Shown here one piece after another: positions 17,166 through 26,546 of a stretch of 37,152 nt of DNA; position 1 is the stretch's first letter; the number at the start of each line of letters is the position of its first letter. This DNA is from Chitinophagales bacterium (lineage in GTDB: Bacteria > Bacteroidota > Bacteroidia > Chitinophagales > Saprospiraceae): contig JBBQMA010000001.1 of assembly GCA_038328415.1 (NCBI GenBank), forward strand, positions 1 through 37,152. The letters run 5' to 3'. Made by a program: the position numbers and the translations under genes. The notes under the pieces are model-generated. The model did not search any database. It saw only the letters and a list, made by a program, of their open reading frames with translations, and was not told where the DNA came from.

Positions 17166-18839
17166 TTAGGACAATTGATATTCGGGCATTTGCATCATTG
17201 TAGCAATCAGGTTCCGTAATTTATTGGAAACGGCGTTGGCCAGATCCGTGTCTGAAGGGTTTGCAAGATGATCAGTATACTCCACGGTCCATTCATAGTC
17301 AGGCAAACCAGGGAGAAGAACTTCCTTTAGGTAGGCCATTTTTTGGGCAGAAATGGGTTTAGGGAAAAGCTGTTTTGCAAATCCTTCGATAAGCGGGTCA
17401 GGTTCAAAAGGGTTTTCCAATGTTGCGACCCAGGTCAAGACAGGAAAAGCAGCAGCAGGATTATTTCCAACCTTTAATCCATTATAAGTCAATGTCTTCA
17501 CCAAATTGGACCGAATAGGAAGTGTTACGGAATTTATCCAGGTCTGATAGAAGGAAGGTTCCTGGTACCAGGCTTTCCAACCCGACACACTGGGGGGGTC
17601 GTAATAAGCCATTTGCATCAGTCCGAAAGAAGGGAAAACCAATGCCCAATAACGGTAATTCAGATTGAGGTTTCCCGGAGCTGACCATCCCGACTGACGG
17701 ATCATGGTCATCGTAAAATCAATAGGATGTTTGATCATTGCACCCAGAATGCATTCCTCGTAAAAATGTGCACTTGATAGTAATGCTTCCAGAGCAGGTG
17801 TTACTTCGTAATCGTTGCTAAGAATCAATTGAGCCAGTGGTTCAATAACTTCTGCCTCTGTCTCCGCATCAATATCGTAATAGACAAACCAGCGATACAA
17901 TTTTCGTGCAATAAATCGGGCGCATTCACTTTTCTGGAAGATTATATCAATAAGATGGGCATATTCCTGATCGCCTAAGTTTGTAATGACTTCATTGTCA
18001 AATCGATGTGATAATGTTTTTGTGCCGGTATCGTGCCTTGCGATCCTAAATTCAGAAGCCACCTCTATAGCTGGATTTTGCGTGTTGTATCCGGTTGTTA
18101 CCCATCCGGTCAGCACTTTTGCCATAGCAAGGACATCATCTTCTGTATAGTTGGTATAATCACCAGGGCCCACTTGTAGGCCTTTGCCTATGGTAAAGAG
18201 TTCCAATAATTCTCGGGCATAATTTTCATTCGGCTTGGTCTTGGTGCTTTGATTGCCATTCAAATACTGCAGCATGGAAGGATCAATGGTGATTCTTTTA
18301 GCTAGTTCCTTGAAATTACCCATGGCGTACTGCCGCAATAGTGAAATGTAAACATATTGGAACTTTGGGTCATTGACCTCTACTCGTGAGGTCACAAAAT
18401 GATTATGCCAAAACAAGGTTAATTTTTCACGAATATTAAAACCACTCTGAATGATTGTGCCCACTGTCCAGGCATATAAAGATGTTATTCGATAGCCTTT
18501 CAAATTAACTACGGCATCATAAGGTGCCTCAATCCATGTTTCACCAAGTGGGACATTTGGATCGTTGGTAGCTTGATGGTTTATCGGAGGGGCAGGCATT
18601 ACCTGGCTTTCAAAGAGTTTGTTTATAGTACCACTCAGTCCGAGATTGACTGATTCCGCAATTTCAGCTTGTGTAGGCCCAAATGTTGTTCTTCGCAGTA
18701 GGTGTGCTGCCGTCTCTGTAGTCCAAGGCCCTAAATAGGGTTCAAGCCCACCATTACCGGAAAAGGTTATTTTATTTAATGTCCTCTTTGTTGCGGTTTT
18801 ACCGGTAAGCAGGACTTCGAGTGTACTTCTTCTATCCAT
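17166..18839 (-). CDS. DUF1800 family protein
   Basis: Characteristic blocks are AAHLLRRTTFGPTQAEI, LFWHNHFVTS, ARELLELFTIGKG and YTEDDVLAMAKVLTGW. It sits 24 nt upstream of the DUF1501 gene on the same strand, which is the classic pairing. Confidence 0.85.
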   Translation of the reverse strand: MDRRSTLEVLLTGKTATKRTLNKITFSGNGGLEPYLGPWTTETAAHLLRRTTFGPTQAEIAESVNLGLSGTINKLFESQVMPAPPINHQATNDPNVPLGETWIEAPYDAVVNLKGYRITSLYAWTVGTIIQSGFNIREKLTLFWHNHFVTSRVEVNDPKFQYVYISLLRQYAMGNFKELAKRITIDPSMLQYLNGNQSTKTKPNENYARELLELFTIGKGLQVGPGDYTNYTEDDVLAMAKVLTGWVTTGYNTQNPAIEVASEFRIARHDTGTKTLSHRFDNEVITNLGDQEYAHLIDIIFQKSECARFIARKLYRWFVYYDIDAETEAEVIEPLAQLILSNDYEVTPALEALLSSAHFYEECILGAMIKHPIDFTMTMIRQSGWSAPGNLNLNYRYWALVFPSFGLMQMAYYDPPSVSGWKAWYQEPSFYQTWINSVTLPIRSNLVKTLTYNGLKVGNNPAAAFPVLTWVATLENPFEPDPLIEGFAKQLFPKPISAQKMAYLKEVLLPGLPDYEWTVEYTDHLANPSDTDLANAVSNKLRNLIATMMQMPEYQLS

Positions 18840-19081
18840 GGTCCGAATTTTTTTCAGGTAATAATGATGACTTGATTATTTTATCGATATTATTCAGTGT
18901 ATCCGTACAAGTGGAAACAACAAACTTGAAAGCAATGTAATCGAATAGTTTCAAAGCATTGTAAACAGCCTACAAACTAGGTATGCACTAATTTGTAAGG
19001 TTCAGCAATTGCTTCGGCTATTCCTGTTAAACCTGTTTCCAATTTAAAGATATGGTGTAAAAAGTATAAAACGGGTTGCCT

Positions 19082-19089
19082 TAGGTTTG
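19082..19089 (+). promoter_or_regulatory. Candidate -7 box (TAGGTTTG) for lgt
   Basis: This is an exact TAnnTTTG match, 63 nt upstream of the lgt ATG. Confidence 0.3.
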
Positions 19090-19152
19090 AAATTTTTTTC
19101 AATCAAGTGTTGCTAAGCAGCCAATTGCTAATTTTACCCCATAAGATGTACT

Positions 19153-20313
19153 ATGTATCCTAATCTCAGTTACCTCATCCATGCGCTTACCGGATGGGGA
19201 CCAGACAATGCCTTATCGATCGTCCAAACTTTTGGACTGATGCTTGCTATTTCTTTTTTAGCTAGCGGGTGGTTCCTATCGATGGAGTTAAAACGCAAGG
19301 GCAAGGAAGGACTATTGCAACCCACACAAGTTACCATCACAGTAGATAGCCCACCCTCCTGGATAGATATTTTATGGAATGGCCTTTTTGGATTTCTCAT
19401 TGGGTATAAAGGTATTTATGCCTGGCAGCAAAGCGACACCTTTCAATCAGATCCAGGTTCGATCATCCTTTCAGGGGAAGGGCATCTTTTGGGTGGAGTG
19501 CTTGGGCTATTCCTTTTTGGCGGATTAAAATGGTGGCAACGCTATCGTGCTGAAGGTCCGGGAGTAAAAAAACTGGTATCTATTTGGCCGCATGAACGTG
19601 TATGGGACATAGCGATGATCGCCGGTATAAGCGGCGTTGCAGGTTCAAAGCTTTTTTCGGTTCTGGAAGATCCTCAGGCGCTCATCGAAGATCCAATGGG
19701 ACAATTGTTTTCGGGTTCAGGGCTTAATTTTCTTGGTGGACTTATCATGGGATTTATTGGTGTGTATACATATATCCGTTTAAAAAAGCTTCCGGGTATT
19801 CATATTCTTGATGCTGTTGCACCTGCTCTGGTGGTTGGTTACGCCGTAGGTCGGATTGGCTGTCAGCTTTCTGGTGATGGAGACTGGGGAATCGTCCATC
19901 TTGAGCCGGTACCATCCTGGTGGTTTTTGCCTGAATGGATCTGGTCTTTTCGATTCCCTCACAACGTTTTAAATGAGGGTGACCTTATTCCGGGGTGCAC
20001 TTGGAACTATTGTAGTCAGTTGACTGCTCCGGTTTATCCTACTGCATTTTATGAAACGGTTCTCGGTGCAGGTATACTAGGTATACTCTGGACGATTCGA
20101 AAGCGGATTCATATAGCGGGAATGCTCTTTTTCATATACTTAATACTCATTGCGACAGAACGATTCATCATTGAAAAGATTCGTGTGAACAACAAATATG
20201 ATCTACTAGGTATGCAGGTTACTCAGGCCGAGGTCATTTCAGTTATATTGTTTTTAATTGGGGTAACTGGCGTTGGTTATTTGTGGTACCGTTCACGGAA
20301 TTTCAAAACCTGA
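19153..20313 (+). CDS. lgt: Prolipoprotein diacylglyceryl transferase (long form)
   Basis: It is a polytopic membrane protein with the Lgt signature region VGYAVGRIGCQLSGDGDWG and the downstream PTAFYE block. At 386 aa it is longer than the E. coli enzyme. Confidence 0.85.
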   Translation: MYPNLSYLIHALTGWGPDNALSIVQTFGLMLAISFLASGWFLSMELKRKGKEGLLQPTQVTITVDSPPSWIDILWNGLFGFLIGYKGIYAWQQSDTFQSDPGSIILSGEGHLLGGVLGLFLFGGLKWWQRYRAEGPGVKKLVSIWPHERVWDIAMIAGISGVAGSKLFSVLEDPQALIEDPMGQLFSGSGLNFLGGLIMGFIGVYTYIRLKKLPGIHILDAVAPALVVGYAVGRIGCQLSGDGDWGIVHLEPVPSWWFLPEWIWSFRFPHNVLNEGDLIPGCTWNYCSQLTAPVYPTAFYETVLGAGILGILWTIRKRIHIAGMLFFIYLILIATERFIIEKIRVNNKYDLLGMQVTQAEVISVILFLIGVTGVGYLWYRSRNFKT

Positions 20314-20452
20314 TTCAAACCCTGGATTTGATCATACTGATAATGCTATCGAGTGCCTCTAATAAAGGCATTTGGGCGTGACATGGTATAGGACTGCACG
20401 CTACTGAAGACTTAAGCATCGGCCGTAACGTTTTTACCCAAGAATTGCTGTG

Positions 20453-21064
20453 TTACTCCCGATACATTTTACAGGTGTCCAGGTAGTGAAAGACGGGATC
20501 AGGTAGCATATAACGCATACTCCGACCTTCGCGCAATCCCTGGCGGATGAACGTAGCTGAAATGTCAAGGAGTGGAGCATCGAAGAACCGGACATTAGGA
20601 TGGTTATCGAAGGCTGTTGATTCTATACCGGGCCGGCGGTATACCAATATGGAATAGTCTCTTAAAAGGATGTCGAAGTTTTTCCATTTGTCCAGAGTTA
20701 CCAGATTATCGCCACCCATAATCAGAAAGAATGAGTCACTGGGATATTTTTCTTTTAAATAAACCAAGGTGTCAACGGTATAAGATGGTTTGGGAAGTCC
20801 AAATTCTATCGATGAAGCATTTAGTTTGGGATTGTCTTCAATGGCGAGGCGAACCAGATGCAAACGATCATGATCCTTCGCAAGGGTTTGTCGTGGTTTT
20901 AATGGATTGTGCGGTGAAACGACAAGCCAAACCTGGTGTAGATTTGCCAATTCGGCCATGTGATTTGCAATAATCAAATGGCCAATGTGAATGGGGTTAA
21001 ACGACCCAAAAAAGAGGCCAATTTTTCTACCTTCCTTAGTCATTGGCTCCATTTTGTTCACCAA
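20453..21064 (-). CDS. nadD: Nicotinate-nucleotide adenylyltransferase
   Basis: It has the nucleotidyltransferase (H/T)xGH motif (GLFFGSFNPIHIGHL) and the C-terminal ISATFIR (ISSTxxR) motif. The real start may be Met8 (nt 21043), which would cut the overlap with the upstream gene from 29 to 8 nt. Confidence 0.9.
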   Translation of the reverse strand: MVNKMEPMTKEGRKIGLFFGSFNPIHIGHLIIANHMAELANLHQVWLVVSPHNPLKPRQTLAKDHDRLHLVRLAIEDNPKLNASSIEFGLPKPSYTVDTLVYLKEKYPSDSFFLIMGGDNLVTLDKWKNFDILLRDYSILVYRRPGIESTAFDNHPNVRFFDAPLLDISATFIRQGLREGRSMRYMLPDPVFHYLDTCKMYRE

Positions 21065-21515
21065 TGCGATCCGGTAAGTCTACTTTCCAGGTTCCATTTA
21101 TCCGCACCACCCGAACGCTATCCAATTGGAGCATATCTTCCCTTTCTTCAGCAAACATACAGAAAGCCGTATCGCCTATTATTTTACATTGAATGCTCTC
21201 GATCTTGGTGAGGGATTCCTTTTCTGAGGGTTCGGAGGAAGCTGCAAGATCTTTTAGTACCCCTACCCATACCTGTGTAGCCGGTGTACTCCACTTTAAA
21301 GCCTCATTGAAACGGCCAAGGTCTAATGCCTGCTGCCAGGCAATGAAGACCTCGTCGGGTATGTTTTCAGGTTCTTTGATAATAATTTGATCTGGCATTT
21401 GATGATCATCGCCATCAGATTTTTCACTATCCGTTTGACAGCCGGCCAGACTGAGGTATACGACAATTATGAAAGCACAGATCAATCCTTTTTGCATGAC
21501 ACAAAAGTAACGCAA
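21036..21515 (-). CDS. Small lipoprotein, unknown function
   Basis: It has a lipobox (VVYLSLAGCQ). The likely start is Met7 (nt 21497). An acidic linker is followed by an alpha+beta domain ending in VVRINGTWKVDLP. I am not confident of any family assignment. Confidence 0.55.
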   Translation of the reverse strand: MRYFCVMQKGLICAFIIVVYLSLAGCQTDSEKSDGDDHQMPDQIIIKEPENIPDEVFIAWQQALDLGRFNEALKWSTPATQVWVGVLKDLAASSEPSEKESLTKIESIQCKIIGDTAFCMFAEEREDMLQLDSVRVVRINGTWKVDLPDRIGEQNGAND

Positions 21516-21616
21516 AATGATTCACCAACTTTTAAAAGGAAACCGATTGCTTAGAGTGAATAGGTCTCTTCAATTCTCTTAGGAGCAGAATGAGAAAAGG
21601 CAAATGGACAATCAGA

Positions 21617-22732
21617 TCAATTTCCCAGCATAACAGGCATCACTAACATAAGGATATCTTCGCCTTCCGATTGCTCTCCAGGCAGCAATAAACCGGCTCT
21701 TTGGGGTGTGGATAATTCCATTTTGATCTCATCATATTCCAGTACGTTGAGCATTTCGATCAGGTATTTGCCATTAAAACCTATGGATAGAGGTTCTCCT
21801 TCGTAGGAGCAAGTCAATTGCTCAGTAGCTTCGTTGGCAAAGTCGATATCCTGTGAAGAAATATTAAGGCTGCCAGCACTCATGCTGATCATGATCTGAT
21901 TCGTGGTCTTGTTGGCATAAAGCGCAATTCTCCGGATTGAACTGAGAAAATCCTTACGCGACACATGGAGTACATTTGGATTAGAAGTAGGGATTACGGC
22001 ATTGTAATCCGGATAACGGGCGTCTATCAAACGGGCGCTCATGCGAAAATCACCAGCATCGAAATAGACATGTGATTTATTAAAGCTTATCAGGATGGAT
22101 GCATTTTCATGCACGATACCTTTAAGCAGGTTGAGTGACTTTTTAGTAAGGATCATGGATGCGGAGGTCTCCTGGCCGGAATGGTTCAGTCGATAACGCA
22201 CCAGTTTGTGGGCATCTGTGGCGACAAAGGTGAGTGATTCCGGCTCAATCAGAAAATAGACACCCATCATGGCAAGGCGCATTTCATCGTTGCCGGCGGC
22301 AAAGGCGGTGTGGGTAATCATATGACCCAATTCCATACCCGTCACGGTTATTTCATCGACACCATCAGGTTGAGGTGGGTCAGGAAAATCGGTACCATTT
22401 TCACCAGCCAGTTTATACTTTCCAAAAACAGATGTAATCTCGATATTGAAATTATCGGTGTTGACATGAAAGGTCAACGGTTGTTCTGGAAGACCTTTTA
22501 GTGTATCAAGGAGGATTCGCGCAGGAATGGCCACTTCGCCGTCGGTATCTGCACTGACTTCCAGCGAGGTCGTGATAGATATATCCAGATCAGAGGCGGT
22601 GATGGTTAATTTGCTACCAGTAATAGAGAACAGAAAATCCTCCAATATGGGCAGAACCGGATTATTTCCAATGGCGCCACCGGTTAATTGAAGCCTTTTT
22701 AGCAGTTCGGCGGAAGAGACAGTAAATTTCAT
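21617..22732 (-). CDS. dnaN: DNA polymerase III beta sliding clamp
   Basis: 371 aa with the typical N-terminus (MKFTVSSAELLKRLQ...G) and blocks PILEDFLF, FLIEPESLTFVATDAHKL, DARYPDYNAVIP and C-terminal LVMPVML. Confidence 0.92.
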   Translation of the reverse strand: MKFTVSSAELLKRLQLTGGAIGNNPVLPILEDFLFSITGSKLTITASDLDISITTSLEVSADTDGEVAIPARILLDTLKGLPEQPLTFHVNTDNFNIEITSVFGKYKLAGENGTDFPDPPQPDGVDEITVTGMELGHMITHTAFAAGNDEMRLAMMGVYFLIEPESLTFVATDAHKLVRYRLNHSGQETSASMILTKKSLNLLKGIVHENASILISFNKSHVYFDAGDFRMSARLIDARYPDYNAVIPTSNPNVLHVSRKDFLSSIRRIALYANKTTNQIMISMSAGSLNISSQDIDFANEATEQLTCSYEGEPLSIGFNGKYLIEMLNVLEYDEIKMELSTPQRAGLLLPGEQSEGEDILMLVMPVMLGN

Positions 22733-22760
22733 GTAGGAGTACTTGCAGTTAGCTTGGGGT

Positions 22761-22768
22761 CAAAGATA
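22761..22768 (-). promoter_or_regulatory. Candidate -7 box (TATCTTTG) for dnaN
   Basis: This is an exact TAnnTTTG match on the minus strand, 28 nt upstream of the dnaN ATG. Confidence 0.35.
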
Positions 22769-22814
22769 GGTATCTTGGTATTTATAGAGGGTATAGGATT
22801 GCAATACCTGCAAC

Positions 22815-22822
22815 TATCTTTG
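22815..22822 (+). promoter_or_regulatory. Candidate -7 box (TATCTTTG) for the M16-like gene
   Basis: This is an exact TAnnTTTG match, and the octamer is identical to the divergent dnaN one. It ends only 4 nt before the ATG at 22827. Confidence 0.3.
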
Positions 22823-22826
22823 CAAA

Positions 22827-24095
22827 ATGATTGATCGGACCGTTGCACCCCCTTTCAGGGAAATCACCCATTTGAAAATGCAGGAGCCCCAAATGCTGCA
22901 CATGAGTAATGGAATTCCTTTGTATGGGCTTCCCGGACCTACTCAGGGTTTAGTGAAGTTGGAGGTGATTTTTCTGGTTGGCAGGGTTCATGAACGGCAG
23001 GCATTAACAGCCCGGGCTGCCTGCAGGCTGATCAGGGAGGGAACAATAAGCCATGCTGGAGGGGAGATTGCCGAAACAACCGACTTTTTTGGCGGTTCAA
23101 TCAGCTCTTCAGATAGTATGGATCACAACGGTCTTATTTTGCAGTGTTTGACTCACTTTTTCCATGAACTGTTGCCCGTATTTAGCGAAATGCTATTGCA
23201 ACCGTCTTTTCCCGAGAAGGAATTGCAGTCATTTATCAGGAATAATCAACAGCGCTTATCAGAGGACTTATCCAAAAATGAAATCATTGCTTACCGCGAA
23301 TTGACTTCATATATTTTTGGAGATGATCATCCTTACGGGTATAATAGTAGTCGGGAAAGTTATGCTGCGTTGACCAGAGACGCCTTAGCCGGGTTTTGGG
23401 AGGATCATTTCCGGGCTGGCAATGCGGTCATTCTGCTCAGTGGCCAATATGATGACAAGGTCATACAGGCTATCGATGACTTTATTTGCAAGCCTATGCG
23501 AAAGGGTCAATCGTTAACAAGCTTTCCTTCGCCGGCACCCGTTTCGCGCCGCATTCTGCACGTAAAGGAGAGGGAATCTTTACAGAATGCTATTCGAATA
23601 GGTCGTTTGCTTTTTGATCGGTCCCATCCGGATTATTACCCTTTACATGCTGTGAGTCTGCTACTGGGTGGATATTTTGGATCAAGGCTGATGACCCAAA
23701 TCAGAGAAGAGCTAGGTTTAACATACAATATATACTCGCATATCGATGCTATGCGTTTAAGTGGCTACTTTTATATTTCTGCTGAAGTGAGCAAGGAAGA
23801 AACCGGGCGCACATTGGAAGAAATCTATAAGGAAATCACGAAGCTTAGGACTGAGCCAATGCAAGCAGAGGAGTTACTTATGATGCAGCGGTTTGCTGTC
23901 GGAAATATGCTTCACTTGCTTGACGGTCCGTTTAGTCAATCGGACACGTTGAAAAACCTGATCGTTGAAGGCGGAGATTATGAGGATTTTAATAATATGG
24001 TCACAGCTATTCGTGCCATTACCCCTGAAAAAGTAATGGAATTGGCCACTAAGTGGTTTGATCCCAATGAAATGATTGAAGTCGTTATAGGTTAA
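22827..24095 (+). CDS. M16 (pitrilysin/insulinase) family protein, probably the non-catalytic type
   Basis: The two-domain M16 layout is present, with the C-terminal-domain block HPDYYPLHAVSLLLGGYFGSRLMTQIREELGLTY. Where HxxEH is expected, before the GT of REGT, the sequence reads RAACRLIREGT, so the zinc ligands appear to be missing. Confidence 0.75.
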   Translation: MIDRTVAPPFREITHLKMQEPQMLHMSNGIPLYGLPGPTQGLVKLEVIFLVGRVHERQALTARAACRLIREGTISHAGGEIAETTDFFGGSISSSDSMDHNGLILQCLTHFFHELLPVFSEMLLQPSFPEKELQSFIRNNQQRLSEDLSKNEIIAYRELTSYIFGDDHPYGYNSSRESYAALTRDALAGFWEDHFRAGNAVILLSGQYDDKVIQAIDDFICKPMRKGQSLTSFPSPAPVSRRILHVKERESLQNAIRIGRLLFDRSHPDYYPLHAVSLLLGGYFGSRLMTQIREELGLTYNIYSHIDAMRLSGYFYISAEVSKEETGRTLEEIYKEITKLRTEPMQAEELLMMQRFAVGNMLHLLDGPFSQSDTLKNLIVEGGDYEDFNNMVTAIRAITPEKVMELATKWFDPNEMIEVVIG

Positions 24096-24175
24096 ATTGT
24101 AAATCTTGGCTTCGTTAACTGATTTTTCTGTTGCTTTGTAGGTTCATAACCCCTTTCTCGCTGTATTAACCACTT

Positions 24176-25207
24176 ATGGGATTATTCAATTTTTTACGTC
24201 AGGAGCTTGCCATAGATCTCGGCACAGCCAATACACTCATTATTCAGGATGGCAAAGTGGTAGTGGATGAACCATCTATTGTCGCCGTCGATCGAAAAAC
24301 CGGGAAGATCATAGCCGTTGGGCGCAAAGCCATGTTGATGCATGAAAAGACGCACGATGACATTAAGACAATCAGGCCACTCAAGGATGGGGTAATTGCC
24401 GATTTCCAAGCTGCGGAAGGAATGATTGAAGGATTAATCAAAATGGCTGGAGGGAAACGACGGTTTTTCTCGCACCTTAAAATGGTGATCTGTATACCAA
24501 GCGGTATAACAGAGGTCGAAAAACGAGCTGTTTTTGATAGTGCAGACCATGTAGACTCCAAAGAGACCTATCTAATTCACGAACCAATGGCTGCCGCATT
24601 AGGTATTGGGTTGGATGTTGAAGAACCAATTGGACACATGGTCATCGATATAGGGGGTGGAACAACAGAAATTGCCGTAATTGCACTGTCGGGAATCGTC
24701 GCTGACCAATCGATTCGTACAGCAGGGGATGAACTGACTGAAGATATCATCGATTTCATGAAACGTGAGCACAACCTGCTTATCGGTGAACGCACGGCCG
24801 AGCAAATCAAAATCAACGTCGGATCAGCGCTGACCTTCCTTGAAAACCCACCAGACGATTATCCGGTGAATGGGAGAGACCTAATGACGGGAATTCCCAA
24901 ACAGATTAAAATACACTATGCTGAAGTGGCAGAAGCGATAAACAAATCTGTTGCAAAAATTGAAGAAGCCGTCCTACGTGCGTTGGAGAATACACCACCT
25001 GAATTAGCTTCTGACATATTCAAAACCGGACTATATCTCACAGGGGGTGGCGCTTTGCTCCGGGGACTAGACAAACGCATATCTGCAAAGACTGCTTTGC
25101 CTGTCCATGTTGCAGATGATCCATTGCGTGCCGTTGTACGAGGAACAGGTATTGCCTTAAAAAATACCGATCGGTTTTCTTTCCTGATTGACAGAAGGAG
25201 TATGTAA
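24176..25207 (+). CDS. mreB: Rod shape-determining actin homologue MreB
   Basis: Actin-fold ATPase motifs are LAIDLGTANT, MVIDIGGGTTEIAV and GLYLTGGGALLRGLD. The protein is 343 aa. Confidence 0.95.
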   Translation: MGLFNFLRQELAIDLGTANTLIIQDGKVVVDEPSIVAVDRKTGKIIAVGRKAMLMHEKTHDDIKTIRPLKDGVIADFQAAEGMIEGLIKMAGGKRRFFSHLKMVICIPSGITEVEKRAVFDSADHVDSKETYLIHEPMAAALGIGLDVEEPIGHMVIDIGGGTTEIAVIALSGIVADQSIRTAGDELTEDIIDFMKREHNLLIGERTAEQIKINVGSALTFLENPPDDYPVNGRDLMTGIPKQIKIHYAEVAEAINKSVAKIEEAVLRALENTPPELASDIFKTGLYLTGGGALLRGLDKRISAKTALPVHVADDPLRAVVRGTGIALKNTDRFSFLIDRRSM

Positions 25208-25210
25208 TGC

Positions 25211-26023
25211 ATGATTAATCTTCTTTACTTCCTCACACGGTATGGAGGGTTGCTTACCTTTTTGGTTTTGGAAATTGTGTCCATCTATCTCATTGTGCGT
25301 TTCAACCATACACAGCGGGATATCTATCTAAACTCCTCCCGTTTTTATGCGGCTGTGTTTTATGATAAAACAGCCAGGGTGAGGGAATATGCCACATTAT
25401 CGTTTACGGCAGATTCACTCGGAAAGGAAAACGCACAACTTTATAACCGACTATACAACCAGCTTGCGCAATCCGGTCCGGAAACACCATTGGACTCTGC
25501 GTTTGCAACCTTTGATTTTGTCCCTGCAAGGATTATAAAAAACAGTATCAATCTGCCAAATAATAGCATTACTTTAGATAAAGGTGAGAGGGACAGCATT
25601 TCACCTGGAATGGGTGTCATGCTTCCCAACGGTGTATTGGGCATCGTAAGGAGCACCTCCATCCACTTTTGCAGGGTGATTTCTGTTTTAAATTCACAGT
25701 CCCATATTAGCGCTGCCATTCTTCGGAATAGCAGTTTTGGGACATTGACTTGGGATGGCAAAGACCCAGGTATTCTGACTTTGGAGGAAATACCAAAGCA
25801 CATCGTTCTTCAAAAGGGTGATACAGTTGCAACAAGTGGACATTCCGCCATTTTTCCAGCCGGTATTCCGATAGGTATCGTAAGAAGCTATTATGTGCCA
25901 TCAGGAAGTAATAGCTTTAAAGTTGAAGTTGCACTTTTTGCAGATCTATCACGAATTAATCGTGCGTATATCATCCGAAACCGTTTTTGGGAGGAAATTC
26001 ACTCACTGGAGGTAGTAGAATAA
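25211..26023 (+). CDS. mreC: Rod shape-determining protein MreC
   Basis: It begins 3 nt after mreB. It has an N-terminal TM helix, a coiled segment and the conserved block GDTVATSGHSAIFPAGIPIGIV. Confidence 0.85.
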   Translation: MINLLYFLTRYGGLLTFLVLEIVSIYLIVRFNHTQRDIYLNSSRFYAAVFYDKTARVREYATLSFTADSLGKENAQLYNRLYNQLAQSGPETPLDSAFATFDFVPARIIKNSINLPNNSITLDKGERDSISPGMGVMLPNGVLGIVRSTSIHFCRVISVLNSQSHISAAILRNSSFGTLTWDGKDPGILTLEEIPKHIVLQKGDTVATSGHSAIFPAGIPIGIVRSYYVPSGSNSFKVEVALFADLSRINRAYIIRNRFWEEIHSLEVVE

Positions 26024-26024
26024 T

Positions 26025-26546
26025 ATGTATTCCGAATTGCGGCCTCACATCATTCGACTGTTGCTACTTGTGTTGCTACAGGTTTTAGTCCTTCGCCAGA
26101 TAATCCCTGGAGATGGATGGTTAAGGCATGGAGAAGTGATCCTTTATCCGCTTTTTATAATGATGCTTCCATTGCGGTGGCATGCTGCATTCATAATAAT
26201 GGGCGCTTTCTTCTGTGGGTTAATAACCGACCTCTTTTATGATACGCCAGGCGTGCATGCGGCTGCATCGACACTAACTGCATTTCTTCGGCCACTTATT
26301 CTACAAATCATCTCGCCCCGATCCGGCTATGACCCTAAGCAACAATTAACCCGGTCTACCTTTGGGCCAAGATGGTTTGCCTTTTATGCAGGTACTTTTT
26401 TGTTAGTGCATATTTTATCACTTCAGATTTTTAACGTCTTTACCTTTTATTATTTTACGGAAATTCTATGGAGGACGCTACTTACCTGGATAATGTCATT
26501 CGGCGTAATCATGCTTCAGGATCTTATATTTAATCCAAAACGATGA
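26025..26546 (+). CDS. mreD: Rod shape-determining protein MreD
   Basis: It is a 173-aa polytopic membrane protein placed between mreC and mrdA. Its stop overlaps the mrdA start (ATGA). The call rests mainly on position. Confidence 0.7.
   Translation: MYSELRPHIIRLLLLVLLQVLVLRQIIPGDGWLRHGEVILYPLFIMMLPLRWHAAFIIMGAFFCGLITDLFYDTPGVHAAASTLTAFLRPLILQIISPRSGYDPKQQLTRSTFGPRWFAFYAGTFLLVHILSLQIFNVFTFYYFTEILWRTLLTWIMSFGVIMLQDLIFNPKR

Noticed and set aside
20354-20373. The hairpin TGCCT-N7-AGGCA followed by TTT after lgt could be a terminator. A similar weak ATGAA-N8-TTCAT-TTTT lies at 36045..36066 after hutH.
   Set aside because: Both have 5-bp stems of low stability with short T runs. They are plausible but not supportable as features.
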